Positions 41,510 to 53,600 of a stretch of DNA of 59,791 nucleotides are shown here, in pieces. The position numbers were made by a program, and so were the translations under genes. The DNA is from Octopus bimaculoides (lineage: Eukaryota). The stretch spans positions 77,655,266 to 77,715,056 of the forward strand of contig NC_068983.1 in assembly GCF_001194135.2 (NCBI RefSeq), in the 5' to 3' direction. A model generated the notes under the pieces. That model did not search any database and had not been told where the DNA came from. It worked only from the letters and a program-made list of their open reading frames with translations. The stretch's first letter is position 1; each line of letters opens with the position of its first letter.

Positions 41510-41720
41510 CACAGCAGCTGTGGGCTGGAAGATGCTTCGTAGATGGCTCCACACCAAATGGTTGGATGTGATCCAGAGGTTCAATGTCACCTTGGAGAAT
41601 GCAGAAGAGCTTGTATAGGACAGCCAGCGATGGAGCGCACTGGTTAACCTGGTCGGCTCTATGCATGATAAAGCCTCTGGGACAACTAACTTGGATTAAG
41701 CTCAGCCACATCAAGCAAGG
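41510..41720 (+). mobile_element. RTE-clade LINE 3' end fragment (opposite orientation)
   Basis: GWKMLRRWLHTKWLDVIQ..TLENAEELV*DSQRWSALVNLVGSMH resembles the RTE C-terminus (GRP.TRW.D...A.DR..WR.LV). It is followed by a caagcaag tail remnant. Confidence 0.6.
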
Positions 41721-43120
41721 GTAGCAAACCAAGCCACATACCACCTGATTTCTCTTGAACGTGTGACATTACTCAGACTAATTAACTTTTGTATTAGATT
41801 TCACTTTACATATATTGCACATATAATATCATATGTTTACATATATGACTTCAAATATTTTTGTTATCTTAAAGATCGAATTTACCCAATTTAATAACAA
41901 AGGCAATTTGCCCAAGTGGATGTCCACCAAAAGTAATATATAGCTAAATTCAGACTAACATTGTTTATATGATGAGCTCAAAACAAATGTTAAGCAATTG
42001 AACAGAAGCTTATAATGATGATACGATTTATTGCTGGTAACAATATTTTTTGTCAACGAAGGCCACGGAGAGAAGTAGAAATTAATATAACTCAAGGATT
42101 AAATTAAGTCATGTAACAGGGAATGTTACTGATCTTCGTTAAATACACTAAAAACAACGTCATTATTTCGGTCTTAATGGATATCAAGAAATTGTCACCC
42201 AAGAAGCACACATCAGATCAAACAACGATTGAGATTATAAATTTTTAATGTCAATCTCGTCACGTTTTAAAGTTTTAATCAATTGAAATTTCTTAGATTT
42301 TCCCTTTGCTTTCATTATCCTCAGTGCAGATAACTTTTCATCTTAATATTGCATTCATTTCAATTTATTACACTTCTTTCCAGATCACTACATTGGATAC
42401 CTTTTATATGCTGCGGAAGATTTTGGCAAAAATTTCAGTGTCATTATTTTAGATTGCCAACACTTTGATTAATATTCACAAACACAAAACGTACGTACAG
42501 CCTTTTGGTAAGTATGCATCAATACTAAAAAAACGCGCGTTGATAAACTGTATACCGGATGTGTCGCAGCAATCTTCAAAGAAAATGTACATTCTCGAAG
42601 GCATGCCTCCACCTAAAGCTTCAAATTTAATCAACTTCAGTTTTTCTCATCTCCTTGACAAAGAAATGGAATTAAGGCAAACAAGATTTTCTTCATGCTG
42701 TGGTTATAATTTCAATTAAGAATTACTTTTTGATCAATGCCTAAACATTAACTTACTGTATATTCCTAGAATATTATATATCTAACCTTATTTTCTAGCA
42801 TATAATTGTATATGTGTGTGTGTCAGTGTTTGCATGCGTGTATATGAAACACACACTCCCACACATATGTATATTAACTGTGTAGGTGATAAATACAAGA
42901 GCTTTCTCTCTACTTTTGAAGCCAAACCAAAGAGAGAATTGAGAAATAGTTTTTGAAATATTGTAACTAAGGTGCATTTTATTAAATCTGTATCTTAATT
43001 ATACAGACATCCAGATATAACTGAAAATTGTATAACTGCAAATATTATTTGAATGAAGTAATTAATTGAATGTATGGGTCATATGAAAATAAGTACACTA
43101 TCGAATTGACACAAACACAT

Positions 43121-43163
<43 letters not shown>

Positions 43164-43166
<3 letters not shown>

Positions 43167-43830
43167 GGTGTTTCAAAAACTTTGATATCTTTTGAGATAT
43201 AAGTATCACAGAAACCTTATGGTCAAAGCAAATGAAACTAAACAGGCCTAATGTTGAGCAACATAAAATTTATTCCTCCAAATTTGAATGAGAAATTCAA
43301 AAGTGTGTGGATTCCATGAATACAAAAGCTCAATATGGGCACCGCCTGAGACACGGCACATGTCAAATCAGTAGTACAGCTCCTTCCAAACACACTGCAG
43401 CATGTCTTGGATAACAGTCTTCAGTGTGATAGTGATTCTCTGCTTGAGTTCCTCTAAGTTTGCAGGAATAGGGGGACCTAGACCAGGCCCTTCACATAGC
43501 TCCAGAGAAAAATAAAATTGCAAGGTGTTATGTCACAAGAACGTGGCGGCCATTTCAACAGCACATTGTCCTCATACGAGCAAGCCCGATCCGTCTCCCA
43601 CGCAGATTGTCATAGAGTTAAGCCCGCACAGTGAATTTCCATTGGGGTAGAGCCCCGTCCTATTTAAAAATGAACTTCATGGTCATTTGAAATGAGCTTA
43701 TTCATTAGCCAGTTCTGAATTGTTTGCAGATTTACATCACCGCTCATATTTCCCTCAAAGAAAAACGGGCCATGAAGATGCTTCTTGGTGATAGCGCAGA
43801 ACATATTCACTTTTGGTGAGACAGATGAAA
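43164..43830 (-). mobile_element. Tc1/mariner (DD41D/Visitor-like) transposon, 3' half with TIR
   Basis: PFFFEG...*DGALPQW...RIG...KWPPRSCDITPCNF..WSYVKGLV on the minus strand. The element end ta|cagggtgtttcaaaa is embedded in a (TA)n run. Confidence 0.85.
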
Positions 43831-43834
43831 TACC

Positions 43835-43885
43835 CCTAAATATTTCGCCCGACGTGCTAACGCTTGTGCCAGCTCGCAGCTTTTG
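43835..43885 (-). mobile_element. SINE head fragment
   Basis: Reverse complement aagctgcgagctggcacaagcgttagcacgtcgggcgaaatattt matches the SINE heads elsewhere in the window. Confidence 0.75.
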
Positions 43886-44340
43886 TCACATAGAGATATT
43901 ACAATAAGTCTGTCGCTCCTCATTAACAGAAGGTTGGCACAAGTAGTTCATATAATGTTAGAAATCTAAATGGTTGAAACGGGAGAGAAGGAAGTGGAAG
44001 AACAAAAGGCAAGAGGCGGAGAAGAATATATGGGACGTAGGAAGGAGTAACAGAAGTAGAATAGAAATTAAAAGTAAGGATTTGGTGAATTTCTATGACA
44101 TGAAGCCATCGACAGAGAGAGAAACAGAGAGAAGAGGGGAGAAGGTAAAGCTAAGGTTAGTACGGTGAAAAGGAAGTCTAGTGGTAGTCAAGGGAAAGCA
44201 GACAATAAATCAGTTAGTGTCTGTGTGGAACGTAATTGTGATTAACTCCATTGTTAACACTATATATAGAAGGGTTGAGATGTCTTAGAAAGTTGAAGAA
44301 GTGATTTTAAATTCTCAAACGCAGGATAATGCTAAAAATA

Positions 44341-44510
44341 TAGCCTGAACAGGATAAACTACCCCTATTTTGCAGAAATAGAAAAAAGTGTGGGTGGCTA
44401 GCCATGAGAGCACCGCGACGCGTAATCATGGAGCTGTGAGTTCGTGTGTCTCATGGCTGGCCGCCCACACTTTTTCTGCAAAATAGGAGTAGTTTATCCT
44501 GTTCAGGTTA
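44341..44510. mobile_element. 170-bp MITE with ~65-bp TIRs and TA flanks
   Basis: tagcctgaacaggataaactac..ctattttgcagaaa..aaaagtgtgggtggctagccatgaga versus tctcatggctggccgcccacactttttctgcaaaataggagtagtttatcctgttcaggtta. Confidence 0.9.
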
Positions 44511-46944
44511 TATATATATAACATATATACAAACATATAAAACTATTTATCTATGAGCCTATTTAGAAATTGGCTTATTATGTTTGACAGATCTGGATTG
44601 ATCGTTCGATTGAAAGGTTAGGTACACCAGCATGCCACCCTGGTCAAGATTTTTTTTACTCTCGTCATAATGCCATCTCAATCATGAAAACTCTGGAGAA
44701 GATTTGTTTGAGGAATTTAAATGTATGTAACATTACGTATGTCCTGTTGCCGTCCAGTGTACTTTTTCATCGGATACATACGACAATTTAGGTCAAACCA
44801 AGCTGCCGTAACGACCATTAAGGTGAACTATTGTCAACGAACATCTATAATATTATGTAAGTTGCAACCGATATAATTGTAAAAAAAAATTGTAGTAGCT
44901 TAGGTCTCTTCCATCTGTTATTTACAGATCTGATAATCACATCATAAGCGATGTTTATAGCGTCTGAAATAGACTTATACAACACCTGTCATCCTATCGG
45001 AATTTTCCGTCTAATCTTCATAGAAGACGAACGGCATTGATGAATAAATTTCATTGATCACTTTTCGAGTCATCTGTATTTTCCATACAAGCTGCATTCA
45101 TGCCTGTGACAAACCAACTGCGTTTTGCCATGATCCCGCGATTGATACTATTATATATGTATGTATGCATGTATATATATATATATATNNNNNNNNNNNN
45201 NNNNNNNNNNNNNNNNNNNNNNNNNNNNNNNNNNNNNNNNNNNNNNNNNNNNNNNNNNNNNNNNNNNNNNNNNNNNNNNNNNNNNNNNNNNNNNNNNNNN
45301 NNNNNNNNNNNNNNNNNNNNNNNNNNNNNNNNNNNNNNNNNNNNNNNNNNNNNNNNNNNNNNNNNNNNNNNNNNNNNNNNNNNNNNNNNNNNNNNNNNNN
45401 NNNNNNNNNNNNNNNNNNNNNNNNNNNNNNNNNNNNNNNNNNNNNNNNNNNNNNNNNNNNNNNNNNNNNNNNNNNNNNNNNNNNNNNNNNNNNNNNNNNN
45501 NNNNNNNNNNNNNNNNNNNNNNNNNNNNNNNNNNNNNNNNNNNNNNNNNNNNNNNNNNNNNNNNNNNNNNNNNNNNNNNNNNNNNNNNNNNNNNNNNNNN
45601 NNNNNNNNNNNNNNNNNNNNNNNNNNNNNNNNNNNNNNNNNNNNNNNNNNNNNNNNNNNNNNNNNATATATATATATATACACATACATATACATATGTG
45701 TGTGTATGTGTATGTGCGTATGTATATATACATACATATTTATATATATTGATAGTTATTCATATATACTCACATGGAACTATATGTGTATATAAATATG
45801 CGTGCGGGTGGTATGCAAGTGTTATATGTATATGACGGTATTTATAATGATTGCGTATAGCATTTTTCTGAGGGTGTGTGCTTGGGTTGTAATGAATAAA
45901 CAAAATCAATTAAATAGTATAAAGAATTATACAAAGAAAATTATACAAAAATAAAATTAAATCGGATCAATCAATGCAAAAGAATTGAAGATTGTATTTC
46001 CTATCGATATGACAAAACCCCTATTTCAATTGACAGATTATCAATGAAAACAACCGTGAAATATGAATTCTCTTTCTAATTGACAAAATACCTGTCACCA
46101 ATCATAGAGGGCGGATCATAAAGTGAATGATCAAATATTTTCAATTGCATGATAATCAAAACTAATCACTTGAATCCAAAAACATTAAAACTGGTCTATA
46201 CTGTCAACATACAACTGAGTAAGATGGAAAATATTCTGGTGTTCCCTGGTTTTTTTGTTTTTTTTTTGTCTTGTAGTATCTACTTTGTATTTCAGAGAGA
46301 GGATGAAAGAATTTCCTATACTATAATCAATAAAAGAGATGCAATATTATCAGATTGAAGCAGTAAAGTAATGAAAGGGTGAAGGAGTGTATTTCTATAA
46401 CTTTGCGTTTTTGATTATCACATCTATACCGTTATTGTTTAATCCAATTTCAGCACCTCACATCCAGGAAATGAGGGCGAAGGCTTTTTAATTGCAATCA
46501 TCATATACTATGTTTGACGAACAGAATCGACGGAAAAGTTATTTAACATATAGCTAAGTTTCTAGCACGCCATAGTCTTTTTTTTTACTACTAATTTTCT
46601 TGGAGGTCCAGTGGGCAACGGAAATATTGACAGTGAATGATAACCATCAAATACATATGTGTGTGTTTTCCTTCGTTTCTTTGCCATGTTTTCTGCTAAA
46701 TAACCTTACTGTCGTATCTTTATCTTCCTGTTTCTTTTGTAGTAATTAAGTTACCATGCTCCGTAACATCATCAGTATTACATGTACCACGCTGAGGCAG
46801 TGCAGGTTTTTGCAGATAAATTGAGACCAATTTAAGCAGTTAACTAGTTTAACATTTCATTGTTTGAACAACACCGTGCTTGAAAATCTAATCCCCATCT
46901 TTATTTTTCTTGTAAATAGCGAACTTATTAGACAACGGTAAGTT

Positions 46945-47900
46945 ATGGAACAACAGATTTGCTCCGCCATTGTTGTTTTGTCGCGCGCCGGAAACACTGC
47001 CAAACGAAATTGTTAAGTTGACGAAACTTCCAAAAGCCACAGTTTATAGTGGGTATAAACAATTTAAATAGGAAAAGATTGATAGAAAAGAACACAAGAC
47101 TCGAAGTTATTCCAAGAACAATCCAAAATTTCTCGCTGGCCTCAAATGCTCCATTGAAACCAACCCATCCCCTTCCATGACAGCTCTTGCAAAGAAAAGC
47201 AATGTGCTCTTTTCCACGGTGTCCAGAGCTTTGATCAAGAACCTTGATATGACTAGCTATGTTCGGCAATGCCATCACCACTTAAGAGCCAAAGCCAAAG
47301 CAGTCAGAACCGAGCGATGCCCTAAGCTTCTGTCTTTCATGAAGCGTCAAGGTGCAGGAAAAGCTCTCGTATTTGTGGACGAGAAGAAGTTCACTGTGGA
47401 CGCTGAAGTGTATCACAGAAATTCCCGAGTGATGACATACAAACCTTCTGTTATCCCCACAATGTTTGAGATTAAAAATCATGTCTCTGTGATGGTATTT
47501 GGAGCCATGTCGAGTGATGGAAGTGTCATGGATCCACATTTCCTTGAGTCTGGCTTCAAGATCGGCAAAAAGGAGTATTTGGACATCCTGAAGACCTCCC
47601 TGTTACCTTGGATGGATTAAGTTTGGGCTTGTCAACGTGGGGCATATCAAGAGGTCTGCACAATTCCATGGGTAAAAAGCAACAATGGCCTTCCTTGCTG
47701 AGAGGGTGCCATTTTTGTGAGGGCCAACATCTGGTCCAGTAATAGCCCAGATCTCAAACTTCTCGATTACTATTTTATGGGGCATACTTCAAGCAATGAT
47801 CGATGCTTCACCACACTAGAGTGTCAACAGTTTGAAGACCTTCATCGTGTGTGCGACACGCCAAATCAAAAAGGTTGAGGTTGTGGAAGCTGCAAAAAAT
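46945..47900 (+). pseudogene. DD37D (maT-type) Tc1/mariner transposase pseudogene
   Basis: ATG at 46945 gives MEQQICSAIV..LPKATVY. Then VFVDEKKFTVD, VMVFGAMSSDG, EYLDILKTSLLPW and, after frameshifts, SAQFHG...IWSSNSPDLKLLDY with ~37 residues between the last two acidic positions. TIRs not identified. Confidence 0.88.
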
Positions 47901-48105
47901 TTCTTTCTCGTGTGGAGCAGTAATTGACCAAATGGGCAGCCATATTGAGTTATAAATGTTTTTGATGTGATAAATGATACATTAATATTATATAAGTCTA
48001 CGACCATTATTTTATTACAGTTCTATATTTAAGAGATGAGGAATTATGTACATTATTTACATTATTTGCATTTGACGGATATTTTTCCTCCTCTTGCTTG
48101 TTGTT

Positions 48106-48151
48106 AACACAGGGTTTCGGCTGATATACCCTCCAGTATTCATCAGGTGCC
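48106..48151 (-). ncRNA. Degenerate minimal type I hammerhead ribozyme in the left terminal repeat
   Basis: Minus strand: GGCAC-CUGAUGA-auaCUG-gaggguauau-CAGcc-GAAA-cccu-GUGUU. The core boxes and stem I are present, stem II is partly mispaired and the NUH site is lost. Confidence 0.65.
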
Positions 48152-48229
48152 TTGGGGAAATTTCGAACCTGTGTCCTCATTCCTAAGGTGGTATATTATT
48201 ATCACATCTAGACGTATCACATCTAGACT

Positions 48230-49816
48230 CACCATCTGGTTGGATTCAATGGGGGTATCCTTGATCAATTCTGTGAAGTGGGTGGAATTCTTTACTGTGG
48301 TGTTGAATCAGTTGGCAAGTCTTATAAGTGATGGTAGCCACAACAAAGAAAAAAAAGACCCAACTCTGAAAACAGAGAGGAAGTTGTCACAGGTCTTGAT
48401 CAAGAACAAGGATGTCTTTACACCAATCGAGTACAGACAACTGACTCAACATCACAGTAAACCACCACACATGTACGTTCTCCCTAAGGTACACAAGGAT
48501 GGTATTCCATTAAGACGTATAGTGAGCTGTACAGGTTCAGCATGTCATCCACTTAGCCGCTTTCTTGTGGATATAATCAGTCTATTAGCAGGAAAGTCGA
48601 CATCGTGCGTGAAAAATTCCACCCACTACACAGAATTGAGCGAGGATACCCTCATTGTATCGAACTAGATGGTAAGTCTAGATATGATGTCTATTCCCCG
48701 ACGTCCCAACTGGTGAAGCACTATCGGTGATACAAGAAAAAAACTAGTGACAGACACCCATCTAAAAGAACGCACTAGTACACCAATAAGATATTTGATG
48801 GAAATGCTGTGTAGACCAGTGGAGGGATTAGCTATCGGTTCACCATTATTACTGGTAATAGCCAATATATACATGGCATACTTTGAGAATTTGGCTTTGG
48901 GATCAATACCACTAAATCTAACCCTATAGCTACAATATGTTGATGACACCTTTATACTCTGGCCCCACCAGGAAGATGTCCAAGTGCTGTTAGATCATGT
49001 GAACTCAATAAAGCCATCCATACAGTTCACATGGAAAAGGAATAAAGACAATCAGCTGGCATTCCTGGACGTATTAATAACACCCACCAAGTATGAATTC
49101 AGGACATCCGTATACTGCAACCAAACCTTTATTAGACGATACCTCAGCTTCAACTCCCACCACTCATACACTGTAAAGAGAGAGATCCCTCAGTGCCTAA
49201 AACATTGTGCAAAGAATATAAGTAGCGATCATAATACACACCACGAAGAAATGATCTGTGAAGCAAAAACTACCATAAAAGTATATTATCCACTCCAATT
49301 ATGAAGAAGAGAGAGGATGAGGCCAATAAACTGTCCACAGTCTGTCTATGTGAAAGGCCTGTTCGAAAAGATATAAAATATATGCAGCCCATTTGGCATC
49401 AGGAGAGTATTCAAAAGTAATACAACATATCGCAAATATCTCCTTCGAATAAAACCATAATAGAAGAGAATATGACCAAAGACTGCGTGTACTCCATGCC
49501 AGGGAGCTGAGGTGGGTTATACAAAGGCGAAACATTCCGCATCCTCAAAATAAAGGTAGACGAACATCGCAAAGCTGTGACACGAGGAAATATTGATAAA
49601 TCGGGTATAGCTCATCATGTATGGAAAAATGGAGACCACCTCCCCCTGTGGGATGAAGTTAAAATAATAGACAGAGAGCACCACTGGAAAATACGAAATC
49701 TAAAAGAAGCAGTACATATTCTAGGGCACAACAACCTCCTAAGCAGACCGAGTGCAGATATGAGCAGCATACGGGAACCGGTATTAAGGAAGTGCAGAAA
49801 AATATTAGATTTATAA
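48230..49816 (+). pseudogene. PLE RT/GIY-YIG ORF broken by stops and frameshifts
   Basis: ORF pieces 48147-48668, 48747-48929, 48984-49304 and 49577-49816 are collinear parts of one PLE protein. It is 5'-truncated. Confidence 0.9.
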
Positions 49817-49842
49817 GCCCTAAAATTCACTCTACCATTGCC

Positions 49843-49905
49843 CACGGGTATATGGCGCAGTGCTCACCCCAAGATTCCGAGTTCAATTCTAGTCACTGCA
49901 CTGAA
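49843..49905 (+). promoter_or_regulatory. tRNA-like Pol III internal promoter (A and B box) just after the PLE stop codon
   Basis: A-box-like tggcgcagtg (49852-49861) and B-box-like gagttcaattc (49879-49889). The spacing is short, which suggests an internal deletion. Confidence 0.6.
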
Positions 49906-50296
49906 TAGTAATAATAATAATAACATCGAAAAATACCTTAGGAATGTGAACCCAGGTTCGAAATTTACTCAAGACACCTGATGAGGACAAAATATCCGTT
50001 AAATATAAATAATGTAAATAATGTACTTTATTTAAGTATTTATAATCAGTTTTATGCATCGTAAAAATTCTCTGAAGACCTTGTACATTGAATAAATAAT
50101 CTCCCGGTGTGCATCTCATAAATACAGTTGGAGAAACTATTATCAGAAAATATGGTATTCGCTAAATACAGATTGTGTGATCTTGGGGGCTCTGCGTATT
50201 AAGGAACAGTTTTGTATTAAACGCAAAATATATTCAGATGTTCCATTATATTCCTCCACCAGGCAGCATATTGTGCTCTCCCTCTCTCACGTACAC

Positions 50297-50327
<31 letters not shown>

Positions 50328-50615
50328 CATACACACACATATATATANNNNNNNNNNNNNNNNNNNNNNNNNNNNNNNNNNNNNNNNNNNNNNNNNNNNN
50401 NNNNNNNNNNNNNNNNNNNNNNNNNNNNNNNNNNNNNNNNNNNNNNNNNNNNNNNNNNNNNNNNNNNNNNNNNNNNNNNNNNNNNNNNNNNNNNNNNNNN
50501 NNNNNNNNNNNNNNNNNNNNNNNNNNNNNNNNNNNNNNNNNNNNNNNNNNNNNNNNNNNNNNNNNNNNNNNNNNNNNNNNNNNNNNNNNNNNNNNNNNNN
50601 NNNNNNNNNNNNNNN

Positions 50616-50661
<46 letters not shown>

Positions 50662-53600
50662 CACGTGTGTGTGAACGTGCATGAATGTTATTTTATATTT
50701 TTTTTAAAGAAAGAAATAAAGGAAGCTACAAAAACAAAATTAAAATAAAATGAAATGTGATCAAATAAATCAATATAGAAATTGGTCATGCATGTAAAAT
50801 ATAATAAAATCAAAAAAAATATTAACCTTATTTCGTTGTCATGGTAACTCCAAGACAATACTTGATAGCTCACCCATGAAAGTGAGGTGTTTTTGCTGTT
50901 TTTCATAGCACGCCATCAAAGGGGAAAAGCATTGAATTGAATTTAGTATGATAAAGAAACGTTTGTCAATGATATATCCTTTGTACTTTTCACTACAGAG
51001 AACTGTAACCTTATTTGCAGCTTATGAGATATTTGTGGATATATATATCATGAATAGAGACTCAATATTGTTGAGTGTGAAACTGCAAAATTCGATCGGT
51101 AAACTGGAAGCTTCAAACTTCTAGGGAAGGATTAATAAGTGTTATACTCAGTAATAAGTGGAATGTAATCATAACGGGAGGAAAATGAGAAGGAAATGTA
51201 ATGTGTGTATAATGATATGTGAGTGTACGTGTGCGTATGTGCGTGTGCGCTCGTTAAAGCAATAGCATGGACCTTTAAAATTATCCTTAAAATGAATTGC
51301 GTTAGAGTCGTTCATTTGAGTCATTTTTGTTTCATTGGAAATTATGTGCAAACAGTAATGTGATTTGATGAATTATATTACCATGTTTTGGTGTAACAAA
51401 TATTGAACTTGAGTGAGCTAAAGCGAGAAATTAAGATATGTGTCTACTACATACCATATCAGTCACTACTGACATAATACAGGGTTTCTGGTTCACAAAG
51501 GACTTTATGTATTATTTTGATTTCGCATACTTATTTTACCTTCTTTCTGTAATGAAATCGAATTGAATCATTCTCATTGAATTGAATTTAGTATATGACT
51601 TTAGTTAAATATCCTAACTAATATAGTAGACAATATTTGCGCTATGTAAATCGCATTTCACGGTTGTGCACTATTCCTTCTATTGATAGCACTGTATGAA
51701 CAGATTTAGACGAGAAAATTTGGTAACTAATCAATTTATCAGCGATTTTTGTTGACAGGCGATTGTAAAGATAATGTTAAATCATACAAAGTTGAAAAAA
51801 CTAGAAATAGTTTCAACAGAGTGCAAAAGCATGGGGGTGAATGTGAGAGTGAGTTTAAGGATAGGGATTGTGTGTAGAGAACGTATGCAACAAGCTGGCT
51901 GTGGAAATTGTTTTACAAAATTTCATCTGGTTGAAGTACTATTATATATATGGTGAAAAGGGAAAAAGATTATAAAGACTGTATTAGCGCTTGGATTTAA
52001 AAAGAGCAACAATAGCTGGAATGGGTTGACTGAACGATGTAGTTCGGATACAATATGTCAGGAGATCATTTGAGTTTTTACTTGTTAATATAGGACTTGA
52101 AAAGCAACATATTGTATTCATTTAGAGGGGCGATGACCTTGTATAATGCCATTATATTCCTATAAATGTATATAGGAACCTTGTTTTTGTGGTATCCATT
52201 CTTAATATTTTTCTTTCACTTTCTTTACACAGAACTATATCTGAAGCGTTGTTATGGATTTTTTTCTCCTTTTTCATACAGTGTAATGTACAGAGGTTAT
52301 ATTTCGGATATAATTTTCTTCAAGTCAATGAATGTGCAACACATTTCAATCATGTTCCTACCAGTTTAAGTGTTGGCCTACAGAATAGCTAAACAGAAAT
52401 GGATAAATGCTTGGAGTGAGTTTAACTACATTCACAGTGTTTAACTGTGCAAATGGCCAGACTTTTGGTTTTTATTGAACAGTGAAAGCTGGCAGGTCTA
52501 TGTCAACAAACATTTTTTTTATTGGACTGAATAATTGGACAGTACTCTCTTCAGGGCCGTTTTGATCATGTAGACAAGAGATTATATTTCAGTCAGCTAC
52601 ATGTTTTTATCGATACCACGTTGTCAGAGGTTTAAGCTAAGGATTCAAAGACAACATCAACATATCAGTGGATTTGATCGATTGAAACATGGAGGCAAGA
52701 ACAGTAGTACACATACTCACACGCACATTTAGATAGACAAACAGATAGACAGACAGACGGCCGGACGAACAGACAGACAAACAAACTGGCAGATAAATAG
52801 ATTAATAGATAGATAGATAGATAAAGACAAAAAGAAATTACGCACGGAGTCAGTGTATGAAATTCTACTCCCGAAGTACTATTCAAAACCGATATTACAA
52901 CATTTATATATNNNNNNNNNNATATATATATCACCAAAGTCACTACACAGAGACACCGGACACTAGTCACGTTATTGCAATCCAGGTACTGAAGTATACT
53001 GCTATTTTCAAATGTATGCTGCGTATTTGAAGTCATAATTTTGTGGACAGCCTAAATATACTAAAGATAAGTTAGTGATGGTTATGCAGGTTGTTTTTTT
53101 TATAAACAGTATGTTAGCTATTTGTTCTCCATATCTATAAAAAAGTAACTGAATAGGCCTACTCATCAGCATTAGCGGAAACGTTTGTTATAATATCATA
53201 ACCAGAAGCAACACAACTGCTGAAACACCACATCAGTAAGATCATAGCAGCGCTTCAATTACAGCAACGTCAAAAATTACTGTAATACAAACAATCACAA
53301 CAGACGATAACTCCTCTAAATTTCATCCAATTTTTCGTCATATACGTAACTAAAGCAGAAAACCTGAAACACAGAAGATCTTCAACATTAACTACGATAA
53401 GTAAGGTATCCAAGTTAGCTTTCTGCAACAACAGAAATTATCAAAAAAGTTGATTCTGAATAAGCATGGATATAATTTGTCCTTAATCATTTGCCAGGAA
53501 GGCGTTCGATTTCATTATAAATTATATATGATACAATGTATAAGCTAATGACAACCCGGTATACCTAGCAAAATGATTTCGCCTGTTTATTCATTACAAA

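Larger units (their letters stand above)
48048..50026 (+). mobile_element. Penelope-like retroelement (RT + C-terminal GIY-YIG) with inverted terminal repeats
   Basis: RT motifs PPHMYVLPKVHKDGIPLRRIVSCTGSACHPL, GLAIGSPLLLVIANIYMAYFE, QYVDDTFILWP, IQFT..QLAFLDVLI and RYLSFNSHH. GIY-YIG motifs DCVYS..YKGET..EHRKAV..KSGIAHHVW..KEAVHI. 48048-48189 is the reverse complement of 49935-50026. Confidence 0.92.

Noticed and set aside
49843-49905. Functional tRNA gene
   Set aside because: No cloverleaf can be formed; only A/B-box remnants are present.
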